Assembly (NCBI GenBank): GCA_017995735.1
Contig: JAGOIG010000002.1
Coordinates: forward strand, 1 to 33,960
Reading direction: 5' to 3'
Origin: Candidatus Kapaibacterium sp.
GTDB taxonomy: Bacteria; Bacteroidota; Ignavibacteria; Kapaibacteriales; UBA2268
Length of the DNA stretch: 33,960 bases
Within the stretch, counting starts at the first letter, position 1. Each line of letters starts with the position of its first letter. Below, piece by piece: positions 1 through 8,275 of this stretch. The position numbers were made by a program, and so were the translations under genes. Under the pieces are notes generated by a model. The model did not search any database and was not told where the DNA came from. It saw only the letters and a list, made by a program, of their open reading frames with translations.

Positions 1-417
1 TAGCAATATAAAATCTACAAATTCTGCTGACGTATATGCGTATTCCAATGGCGTTGCGGGATTAAGTGCAATGCCTGCTTTCTTTCCAAAGCTTTTTATT
101 AATGAAATTGAACGATGAATATGGCGAACAGCTTCTATATGAAATGATATATATTCAGAACCCAATTGAGCAAATTCAGGAATTAAGCTATCGGGATTCT
201 CTACCATTAAATGTGTAGAAATTGCTAATGTTGTGCATTTCTTGATATCTTTTAAAATTATTGGACCAAATGTTAGGTTAGGAACAAAATGCCCGTCCAT
301 TATATCAAGGTGCAGCATATCGGCTCCACCCAATTCGCATTGCCGTATTTCATTTTCAAGATTCGCAAAATTTGCCGATAGAAGAGAAGGGGCAATTTTA
401 ATATTTCTATTACTCAT
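1..417 (-). CDS. rpe: Ribulose-phosphate 3-epimerase. This is the N-terminal 139 codons; the gene continues beyond the window edge.
   Basis: The reverse-strand ATG at 417 opens a frame that runs to position 1. It translates as MSNRNIKIAPSLLSANFANLENEI..GGADMLHLDIMDGHFVPNLTFGP..HLMV..ALNPATP, which matches the Rpe signature (APSxLSADF, HxDxMDGxFVPN). It is missing from the ORF track because it has no stop codon in the window. Confidence 0.9.
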   Translation of the reverse strand, partial: MSNRNIKIAPSLLSANFANLENEIRQCELGGADMLHLDIMDGHFVPNLTFGPIILKDIKKCTTLAISTHLMVENPDSLIPEFAQLGSEYISFHIEAVRHIHRSISLIKSFGKKAGIALNPATPLEYAYTSAEFVDFILL

Positions 418-457
418 TATATTTCTAATTAACTTATTTTTTTAATTTGAGAAATAA

Positions 458-2953
458 TTATTTTTTTGTTTTTGGAGTTGATTTTGGTTTTTCCTTTTCT
501 TTTTCTCTCGATATTTCATAAAATCTTTCAAGAGATTTATATACTTTACCAAAAAGTGTATTTTCGGGATATTTTTTGTCAGAATCCATAAGACCCGCAT
601 TCATACCAAAAAGTAATGGCACAGCATCTTCTATTTTTGATATTGCATATATATGAAATTTGCCATCTTGAACATCTTGAATTACCTCTTTGCAAAGCAT
701 AAGGTCTTTAACATTTTGCTCAGGTATTATAACGCCTTGCGAACCAGTTAGTCCTCGTTCTTTGCAAATTTCCCAGAATCCTCGAATTTTCTCATTTACT
801 CCACCAATAGGTTGAACATCACCTTTTTGATTGACGCTTCCCGTTATGGCAAGCTCTTGATTGATTGGGCACCCCGAAATAGATGATAATAATACGTATA
901 TCTCAGCGCAAGATGCGCTATCACCATCAATTCCTCCATAGGACTGCTCAAATGCCAATGATGCTGTAAGTGTTAAGGGGAAATTTTGTGCGAACCTTTC
1001 TTCCAAAAATCCCGATATTATTAGGACCGCTTTATTGTGAATATTTCCACTTAATTCTGCTTCACGCTCTATATTTACAATTCCCTGTGTGCCCGCGCTT
1101 GTAGTTGCTGTGATACGTGCAGGTTTGCCAAATTCAAATATTCCATCATTATAAATTGTCAAACCATTAATCTGTCCTGAGCGTTTCCCTTCGGTCGAAA
1201 TCAGCATTGTACCTTCGATAAATTCTTCCTTAATCTTTTCATCAATTAGATTGCTGCGATAACGCCGATGCTGAAGTGCCTGCTCAACTGCATTTTTATC
1301 CACTAATTTTGCTTTATTATCCATATAATATGATGCTTCTCTGACAATATCAGCTAATGCAGAAAATCTCAGCGTCAGTTTATTTTGTGAACCCGCTGTT
1401 TCGGCTGCCCATTCAATTATCGCTCCAATTCCTTCAGGTGAAAAATGTGGCAATTTCTCCTCATTGCAAATTTTTGATATAAATTGGACATAATTATTGA
1501 TTAATTCTTGATCTCGATTTGTATAATAATCAAATTGTGCATTGATTTTGAATATTTTCCTGAATGTTTTATCATATTCATTCAATATTCGATAAATTTG
1601 CATATCACCTAAAATTATTACCTTTACATTAACATCAATTGTCTCAGGTTTCAAATAGGACTGAGTTAATTGCAAATATGAATCATATGGTTGAATCTCC
1701 AATTTGTTATAAAGCAAAACACGCTTAAGAGAATTCCAAACGTATGGATCTTGGAACAAATCCTCTGAATTCACAATTAAATATCCCTGGTCAGCACGTA
1801 ATATAGAACCAGCTTTGATTTTTGTAAAATCTGTTCGCCAAAATCCACGGCTGTCAAATGTCCGTTCAATTGTTCCAAAAAGATTTGTATAAGTTGGGAA
1901 AGTTTCAACAATAATAGGTGGTTTGGTTGCTTTTGAATTATCAAGAACTACATTGACTGTATAAACGGCAAATTTTTCTTCTTCACTAATTGGATTGTCT
2001 TGAGGTATCCCTGGTAATGGAATTTGCTGACCATTTGGTTTTAAAAACAATGCAAGATTATTATTAATATTTATCTTGACTGATTTGATGTAATTTTTAA
2101 TTTTTTCATTTTTAAAATGGTCATCAATTTCTTTAAAAGCTGCATTAATTGAAATTGAAGATGTGGCTTTATTGAGTTCATCCATTTTCATGCGGAATTC
2201 TTGCATTAATTTTAAACTTTGTTGAGATAAACCGAATATTTCCTCATGGAATTGCTGATAATCGTCTTTGATTCGCTTTGCCTCATCTATTGTTATCTTA
2301 CCTTGAGCTTCCAGATCTTCAATTTCATTCATAGTTACAGGTTTGCCATCTATGATAGGAAAAACATCAGGAATTGTTATGCCCTGTTCATTTTCATATT
2401 GCCCACGAATAAAATTGTGTGGCTTCAATTTGTTATCGAAATCATCAAGTATCTTTTTTTCTAATTCCTGAAATTTTTCAGTTAATTTTCGCCGAGCATT
2501 TTGGTATTCCTCTTCTTCAAAAATTCGAGGGAGCGACCTCCGGAGATATGAAATAGCATCTTTCATCATTTTAGCAAATTTCCGACCCTCTCCTTTGGCA
2601 AGTTTTATTAATATCGGCTTATCAGCATTATCGAAATTATTGACATAGCAATAATCATAAAGAACTTGAGAATATCCTGGAACTTCTTGCAAAACGTTTT
2701 GCACTGTTGAGAGCCTCCCAGTACCAGCTTGGCCTGTAACAAAAATATTATATCCTTTTGCACCAATGCTCGCACCGATTTTGATTGATTCAATTGCTCG
2801 GGGCTGTCCTACAATTTGATTTAATTGCTCAACTTCTGCTGTAGATTTAAATTTGAATATATCTGTTGGGCAATTCCAATGCAATTCCTTAGTTTCCAAT
2901 TCGCGATATCCTGTATGATTGAATGTGCTGTTGTTATTTTTGGAATTTTTCAT
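458..2953 (-). CDS. Lon-like protease with an AAA-like domain and a C-terminal S16 Lon proteolytic domain (LonC-like)
   Basis: 831-aa ORF. The C-terminus has the Lon Ser-Lys dyad context (GGIDGDSAS ... PIGGVNEKIRG). The N-terminus has a P-loop-like GQAGTGRLS. The ATG lies 2 nt after the lnt stop codon. Confidence 0.85.
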   Translation of the reverse strand: MKNSKNNNSTFNHTGYRELETKELHWNCPTDIFKFKSTAEVEQLNQIVGQPRAIESIKIGASIGAKGYNIFVTGQAGTGRLSTVQNVLQEVPGYSQVLYDYCYVNNFDNADKPILIKLAKGEGRKFAKMMKDAISYLRRSLPRIFEEEEYQNARRKLTEKFQELEKKILDDFDNKLKPHNFIRGQYENEQGITIPDVFPIIDGKPVTMNEIEDLEAQGKITIDEAKRIKDDYQQFHEEIFGLSQQSLKLMQEFRMKMDELNKATSSISINAAFKEIDDHFKNEKIKNYIKSVKININNNLALFLKPNGQQIPLPGIPQDNPISEEEKFAVYTVNVVLDNSKATKPPIIVETFPTYTNLFGTIERTFDSRGFWRTDFTKIKAGSILRADQGYLIVNSEDLFQDPYVWNSLKRVLLYNKLEIQPYDSYLQLTQSYLKPETIDVNVKVIILGDMQIYRILNEYDKTFRKIFKINAQFDYYTNRDQELINNYVQFISKICNEEKLPHFSPEGIGAIIEWAAETAGSQNKLTLRFSALADIVREASYYMDNKAKLVDKNAVEQALQHRRYRSNLIDEKIKEEFIEGTMLISTEGKRSGQINGLTIYNDGIFEFGKPARITATTSAGTQGIVNIEREAELSGNIHNKAVLIISGFLEERFAQNFPLTLTASLAFEQSYGGIDGDSASCAEIYVLLSSISGCPINQELAITGSVNQKGDVQPIGGVNEKIRGFWEICKERGLTGSQGVIIPEQNVKDLMLCKEVIQDVQDGKFHIYAISKIEDAVPLLFGMNAGLMDSDKKYPENTLFGKVYKSLERFYEISREKEKEKPKSTPKTKK

Positions 2954-2955
2954 TA

Positions 2956-4641
2956 TTATTTATTTTTTAATGTTAATATATAAATCAAAAATATTAGAAC
3001 GATTATAGAAGAAAGAATTGGCAACCAATCCCCATATTTTGTATAAATTGTTCCATTTGTAATCAAAGGAACTCGAAAATCTATTGCTTTTTGTTTATAT
3101 TGTTCAATTTCGTAGACAGATTTTCCAAGCGGGGATATAAGTCCACTGACTCCTGTATTTGCTACCCTTGCTATATAGCGCCGATTTTCAATTGCTCTCG
3201 CACAGGCGATTAAATAATGCTGGCGTGGTCCGACTGTATGGTCATACCAAGCATCATTTGTTATAATAGTTAGCATTTCAGCACCTTGATTTGCGAATTT
3301 CCGTACATAATCAGGGTATATTGATTCAATGCAGATGATTGTCCCTATTTTTATCGAATCGTTCCCTTTCTTGACTACTAAATTCTTTGCTCCTGCCCCT
3401 TTTTCCCAATTGGAAATTCCTACACCCCAATTGAACCAATCAACAGCAAATGAAAATATGTTTTTATAAGGAAAATTTTCAGCAAAAGGCGTAAGTCGTG
3501 TCTTCTGATAAACTTGCGGGGGTAGAGAGTGGGAATAATTTTTATTTGGTTCAATTACAACTGCAGAGTTATATGTTACATAATATTGTGCTGTATCAAA
3601 TGGTAATTTATCAGCCCATTTTGATGGTTTGCTATTTTTTGTAAAAAGATAAAATTGAGAGAATCCCGTAAGTAGTGGAACTTGATTTTTAGTTACCCAT
3701 CTTTCCAAAATATCAATATTATCAAAAGAATTAAATTCTACAGATACATAAGGGATAGCAGTTTCAGACCAGATTAGTAAATCCAATCGGTTGATATCTG
3801 GATTATTTATTTGCGAAATTTCAGATATTAGCGAATCGCTTATTCTTTGATGTAAGGCAATTTGCGAAATTGAATTACCTGACCATTTTTCCCATGGGTT
3901 TATATTTGGTTGGACGATTCCGACGTTAAGTGTTTTATGATTTATTACATTTTCTTGATAATTGTATTCCTTTATCACAAAGAAATTATAAAAATATGGT
4001 ACAAATATTATTAATAATATTCCTATCAAGTAATTGGTTGCTAATTTATTTGAAAGCAAGAGTTTAAAAATATTTTTATTTTTTGAATTAATTATCAATA
4101 AACTTAATTTCACAAAAAATACATTTGCCCAAAGTAGTAAAAAACTAGCACCCCAAATTCCCGTTAAATCAATGAACTGTATCCACCAAGTATTTAATAT
4201 TTGCGTATAACCAAGTGTCAGCCAGCTATAGCCGACTTCCCCAAGATTATGCAACCACTCAAATGTAAGATATATAAATGGAAAATATAAAATTGCTCTG
4301 TCAAAGCCAATTTTATTTTTAAAAATAAAAAAAATCCAAAATGGAATAAAAAAGAAAAATGGGTGTAATACATCCAATGCAAGTCCTGCCGCTAGCAAAT
4401 ATGGGTCTGTTTCCTTTGTCCAACTGCTTATCCACCAATTTGTTCCAACGTGATATAGGAAAAATGTAATGTATACATATAAAAATGGCTTTGGTGTATG
4501 GCTCTCGCGTGAATATATAAACAGCAAAGGTGTCATCGCAATAAACGCCAACAACGGAAAAGGCAGCGGAGGAAATGCAAGCGCAAGCAACACTCCCGAA
4601 AGAATTGCATATAATATATTGTGGCTTGTTTCAGATTTCAT
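2956..4641 (-). CDS. lnt: Apolipoprotein N-acyltransferase
   Basis: 561-aa ORF with a multi-TM N-terminal half and a CN-hydrolase domain carrying the catalytic contexts WSETAIP and TIICIESIYPD (Glu/Lys/Cys triad family). Size and topology are typical of Lnt. Confidence 0.88.
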   Translation of the reverse strand: MKSETSHNILYAILSGVLLALAFPPLPFPLLAFIAMTPLLFIYSRESHTPKPFLYVYITFFLYHVGTNWWISSWTKETDPYLLAAGLALDVLHPFFFFIPFWIFFIFKNKIGFDRAILYFPFIYLTFEWLHNLGEVGYSWLTLGYTQILNTWWIQFIDLTGIWGASFLLLWANVFFVKLSLLIINSKNKNIFKLLLSNKLATNYLIGILLIIFVPYFYNFFVIKEYNYQENVINHKTLNVGIVQPNINPWEKWSGNSISQIALHQRISDSLISEISQINNPDINRLDLLIWSETAIPYVSVEFNSFDNIDILERWVTKNQVPLLTGFSQFYLFTKNSKPSKWADKLPFDTAQYYVTYNSAVVIEPNKNYSHSLPPQVYQKTRLTPFAENFPYKNIFSFAVDWFNWGVGISNWEKGAGAKNLVVKKGNDSIKIGTIICIESIYPDYVRKFANQGAEMLTIITNDAWYDHTVGPRQHYLIACARAIENRRYIARVANTGVSGLISPLGKSVYEIEQYKQKAIDFRVPLITNGTIYTKYGDWLPILSSIIVLIFLIYILTLKNK

Positions 4642-4792
4642 TTATTCAAATATAAAAATTACTAAATTAATATTTTTCTTTAAATTTTTGATTTATTTGG
4701 CATTATATTTCATTTATAATATTATTTATTTGTATTTAATTATTTAATAATTTTGAAAATTTATTTGCTTCAACATTTTGAATAGGTAATTG

Positions 4793-6382
4793 ATGAGCCG
4801 TAAATTTTGGGAAAATCAGAATATTGCAAAATTACTTTTAATAATTGCGTTTGCTTATATCGTTATTGCGGGATTGATATTAATTAATTCCTATCAGGGT
4901 GACCCATCAATTTATTTCATTTATGCAAAAAATATAGCTCATTTTGATTTCTTTTCCTATAATCCAGGCGAATTTTCGTCAGGAGCAACCTCACCGCTTT
5001 GGGCATTAATTCTTGCACCACCCTTTTTATTTTCAAATGCAACATTATTAGTCAAAATCTATTGCCTATTATTGACACTGCTTTCTTTTTATATTGCTTA
5101 TAAATCCTTTCTCTATGCGTCAAACTCAAAATTAGGTTCAGCTTTTGGGCTTGCATTTTTGCTTTATTATGCATTATTACCTAGTTTGATGTGCTATGAG
5201 ACACCATTGACAATAATATTAATAAGTTGGCTTCTGATTGTAAATAAAAAAATTATATTGGGCAATAAAAAGCCCGGGGTATTAATTTTGCTTTGCATTT
5301 TGTGGGCATTAATTCCCCTTGCACGTCCCGATGCTATTGCAATTATAATAATAGATGCATTTATGCTGACTTGGTTTAATTGGAAAAATAAGAAACACCG
5401 ACTGCTAATTCCAATATTGTTTTTTAGTTCGCTTATTCCATTAGCCGCATATTTTGCATTTTCAAATGCTAAAACGGGAATGGTATCGAATTCATCATAT
5501 TGCCGTGCCTTTGCCTTGCAGGAAACAGCAAAACATTTTATGGGGTTATCCATTTCTGTTGAAAGCATTTTTACCCTTATTTCCTATCCTATGCTTCTTT
5601 TTGCAATTATGATAATTTTGCAAATCAATAATAATTATAAATTTCTACGGGAAAATTTATCGAAAAAAAATAACTTAAATTCAATTTCTCAAAACAATTT
5701 CTTTGCAATTCTTGCTTTTCTAATTGCGGGAGCATATTTTGTATCAATAACATTTATATCGCCTGTGAGCGATTCTGTTGAACGCTATATTATACCTATA
5801 ATTCCATTTATAATTATTGCAATTGCCAAGCAAATTGAAGAGCTGTTTGCAACCGCTAAGGTAAATAATTGGATAATGCTTACATTATTTTTGATTTTGA
5901 CATTTTTTGCTCCATATATCAAAGTATCTGCTTATGTGGCTCAGCAATGGAGTAATCATTTTGATTTTGATACAATTGCAGAAAAGAATTTGATTGCTTA
6001 TGTTAATCAAATTGCCGAGCCTAATTCTACACTGCTTTCTTATGAAGTTCAGGATAGATATTATTTACGTGATGATATTGATTTGCTTAGTTTGGATGGT
6101 ATTACCGATGGCAAGGTTGCTCCATATTTAAGCACAAGCAAAATGGATGAATTTTTGAAAAAATATCGCCCTAATTATTGGCTTGCAAATGATGCTGTGC
6201 ATTATCGCCCATATTTGCAAAAAAGTATTTTAAAAAATGTACTTGACTCGCTCGAATATTTTAATAAAGATACGATTCAAATATCTGACGTTACCTTTAT
6301 AAGAATATACACTAATCCCGCACCAAAACGCAAAAGTTTTGCCCACTCGAATTATTTATTTAAGATAAGATATGAGAAATAA
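4793..6382 (+). CDS. Polytopic integral membrane protein, possibly a GT-C-type (ArnT/PMT-like) glycosyltransferase. Function is uncertain.
   Basis: About 529-aa ORF, with ATG at 4793 preferred over the TTG at 4790. It has more than 10 hydrophobic helices followed by a roughly 130-aa soluble C-terminal region, and it is divergent from lnt. I recognised no catalytic motif with confidence. Confidence 0.6.
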   Translation: MSRKFWENQNIAKLLLIIAFAYIVIAGLILINSYQGDPSIYFIYAKNIAHFDFFSYNPGEFSSGATSPLWALILAPPFLFSNATLLVKIYCLLLTLLSFYIAYKSFLYASNSKLGSAFGLAFLLYYALLPSLMCYETPLTIILISWLLIVNKKIILGNKKPGVLILLCILWALIPLARPDAIAIIIIDAFMLTWFNWKNKKHRLLIPILFFSSLIPLAAYFAFSNAKTGMVSNSSYCRAFALQETAKHFMGLSISVESIFTLISYPMLLFAIMIILQINNNYKFLRENLSKKNNLNSISQNNFFAILAFLIAGAYFVSITFISPVSDSVERYIIPIIPFIIIAIAKQIEELFATAKVNNWIMLTLFLILTFFAPYIKVSAYVAQQWSNHFDFDTIAEKNLIAYVNQIAEPNSTLLSYEVQDRYYLRDDIDLLSLDGITDGKVAPYLSTSKMDEFLKKYRPNYWLANDAVHYRPYLQKSILKNVLDSLEYFNKDTIQISDVTFIRIYTNPAPKRKSFAHSNYLFKIRYEK

Positions 6383-6430
6383 CCTAAATATTTTTTTACC
6401 ATCCCCTTAAATTTTTAGTTTATATCAAGG

Positions 6431-6463
6431 AATTGTTAAGAATTTGTTAAGATTTCTTAACCT
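6431..6463 (+). promoter_or_regulatory. Candidate response-regulator operator (Pho-box-like): AATTGTTAAGA / ATTTGTTAAGA direct repeat with 11-bp period, followed by an inverted half-site TCTTAAC
   Basis: Seen directly at 6431-6441 and 6442-6452, with 10 of 11 positions identical. GTTAAGA-TT-TCTTAAC forms a palindrome at 6446-6461. A TATAAT hexamer lies at 6471-6476, and the DUF47 start codon is at 6519. Confidence 0.35.
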
Positions 6464-6518
6464 ATTTTTTTATAATTTGTATTTTATAATTATTTTAGAA
6501 TAATATTTATGGATATAT

Positions 6519-7142
6519 ATGTTTAATAAAATTCTTCCCCAAGAATTTGCTTTTTATGATTATTTTGAGCAGCACGCCGCACTGAGCTTGGAAGCTTGCC
6601 AAGAACTTCTGCAACTTGCTAAAAACGATGGAAAAATTGAAGAACATTTGAAAAAAATTAATGATTATGAACTTAGACTTGATGAAATTACACATCGCTG
6701 TATGGAAGCATTGCATCGCACCTTTATTACACCCATTGATAGAACTGAAATTCATCGCTTAATCAAACGAATGGATGATATTGTGGATTGCATCAATGGA
6801 GCTCTTGAGAGAATGGTAATGTTTGAAATAACTCAAATGCGCCCTGAAATCGAAAAAATCGCTGAAATACTTGTTGAATCTTTAAAATCAGTGTCCGTAG
6901 CACTTACGGGGCTGAGAAACATCAAAAATTATGAGCATATCAAAGTAGAATGTATAAAAATCAGAGAATTAGAAGATGAAGCAGACCATATATTTAATAA
7001 TGCTTTAATTGAATTATTTCACGAAAAAGATCCAATTTATATCATAAAGTGGAAAGAAATCTATGAAATTTTTGAAAAATCTGTTGATCGCTGCGAAGAT
7101 GTTGCTAATATCATTGAAAATATTGTAATTGCAAGTGTTTAA
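6519..7142 (+). CDS. DUF47 family (PhoU-like / YkaA-like) phosphate transport regulator
   Basis: 207-aa helical protein with the FITPIDRTEIHRLIKRMDDIVD motif typical of TIGR00153/DUF47. It sits immediately upstream of a PiT transporter, which is the canonical pairing. Confidence 0.85.
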   Translation: MFNKILPQEFAFYDYFEQHAALSLEACQELLQLAKNDGKIEEHLKKINDYELRLDEITHRCMEALHRTFITPIDRTEIHRLIKRMDDIVDCINGALERMVMFEITQMRPEIEKIAEILVESLKSVSVALTGLRNIKNYEHIKVECIKIRELEDEADHIFNNALIELFHEKDPIYIIKWKEIYEIFEKSVDRCEDVANIIENIVIASV

Positions 7143-7156
7143 ATAAGGCTCTCTAT

Positions 7157-8191
7157 ATGGCTATATCAATGTGGATTTTAATAATTTCAATTATTGTAGT
7201 TGCTTTAGCTTTCGATGTAATAAATGGATTCCATGATTCTGCAAATTCAATTGCAACAGTGGTCTCAACTCGAGTTCTTTCACCAAAATACGCTGTCTTA
7301 TGGGCAGCGTTTTTTAATTTTGTTGCGATGTTCATTTTTGTTCCACGGGTTGCCGACACAATTGCAAAAATAATTAAAATTAATTCAGCAGATAGCGCTT
7401 ATGTATATGTTGTATTAGCAGGGTTAATTGGGGCAATTGCTTGGGATTTAATAACTTGGTGGCTTGGATTACCAACAAGTTCGTCGCATGCATTGATAGG
7501 TGGTTTATCCGGTGCGGGTATTGCTCACGCAGGATTTAGCGTTGTACGTTGGGAAAAACTTGGGGAAACTGCTCTTTTTATACCTCTTGCTCCTTTGCTA
7601 GGATTTGCTATTGGATTTGGAGTAATGATTGCTGTTTATTGGATATTTCGTAAGTGGCATCCAATGAAAGTAGATAATGTATTCAGGAAAGGGCAATTGA
7701 TTTCTGCTGCACTCTATTCACTAGGTCATGGTGGTAATGATGCTCAAAAGACAATGGGAATTATTGTGGCTTTGCTTATGGCAGCAGGCATTTTCGACCA
7801 AAATGTACAATTATCTCTCTTCCATTTGAATACATTATGGATAATTGTTGGTTGCCATCTTGCAATGGCAATAGGAACAGCACTTGGCGGTTGGAGAATT
7901 GTTAAAACTATGGGAATGAAAATCACAAAACTCAAACCAGTCAATGGCTTTTCAGCAGAAGTAGCAGGGGCAATAACAATATTTATGGCAACATTTCTGG
8001 GTGTTCCTGTTTCTACAACACACACAATAGCAGGAGCAATTATGGGAGTGGGGAGCACAACTAATGCAAAAGAAATCAATTGGCTAATAGCAGGGCGTAT
8101 TGTTATTGTATGGATTGTAACCATACCTGCATCAGCACTTATTGCGGCGCTATTTTTTATGGTTGTCAAATTATTGCATCCTGGATTTTAA
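7157..8191 (+). CDS. pit: Inorganic phosphate transporter, PiT family
   Basis: 344-aa polytopic protein with the duplicated PiT signature: NGFHDSANSIATVVSTR near the N-terminus and GHGGNDAQKTMG in the second half. Confidence 0.95.
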   Translation: MAISMWILIISIIVVALAFDVINGFHDSANSIATVVSTRVLSPKYAVLWAAFFNFVAMFIFVPRVADTIAKIIKINSADSAYVYVVLAGLIGAIAWDLITWWLGLPTSSSHALIGGLSGAGIAHAGFSVVRWEKLGETALFIPLAPLLGFAIGFGVMIAVYWIFRKWHPMKVDNVFRKGQLISAALYSLGHGGNDAQKTMGIIVALLMAAGIFDQNVQLSLFHLNTLWIIVGCHLAMAIGTALGGWRIVKTMGMKITKLKPVNGFSAEVAGAITIFMATFLGVPVSTTHTIAGAIMGVGSTTNAKEINWLIAGRIVIVWIVTIPASALIAALFFMVVKLLHPGF

Positions 8192-8225
8192 AGATTTGCT
8201 GTCGTTATTCAATAATTTAATAAAA

Positions 8226-8252
8226 AAAGGCGGGCAATTAATCCCCGCCTTT
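8226..8252. terminator. Bidirectional rho-independent terminator between convergent genes
   Basis: AAAGGCGGG (8226-8234) pairs with CCCGCCTTT (8244-8252) around a 9-nt loop. The hairpin is flanked by an A-run upstream and a T-rich tract downstream, so it has a U-tail on either strand. Confidence 0.6.
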
Positions 8253-8275
8253 ATTCTTATTATTTTGATTCTACG

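Noticed and set aside
233-445. 70-aa plus-strand ORF from the track
   Set aside because: It lies antisense to a clearly recognisable rpe coding frame (minus strand, 1-417). Its sequence is low-complexity and has no motif. It is a shadow ORF.
458-2953. The Lon-like protease as a BREX BrxL-type or other defence component
   Set aside because: No PglZ, PglX, BrxA, BrxB or BrxC-like genes or other defence genes are adjacent. Its neighbours are lnt and rpe. The domain layout fits the LonC/Lon-related housekeeping class better.
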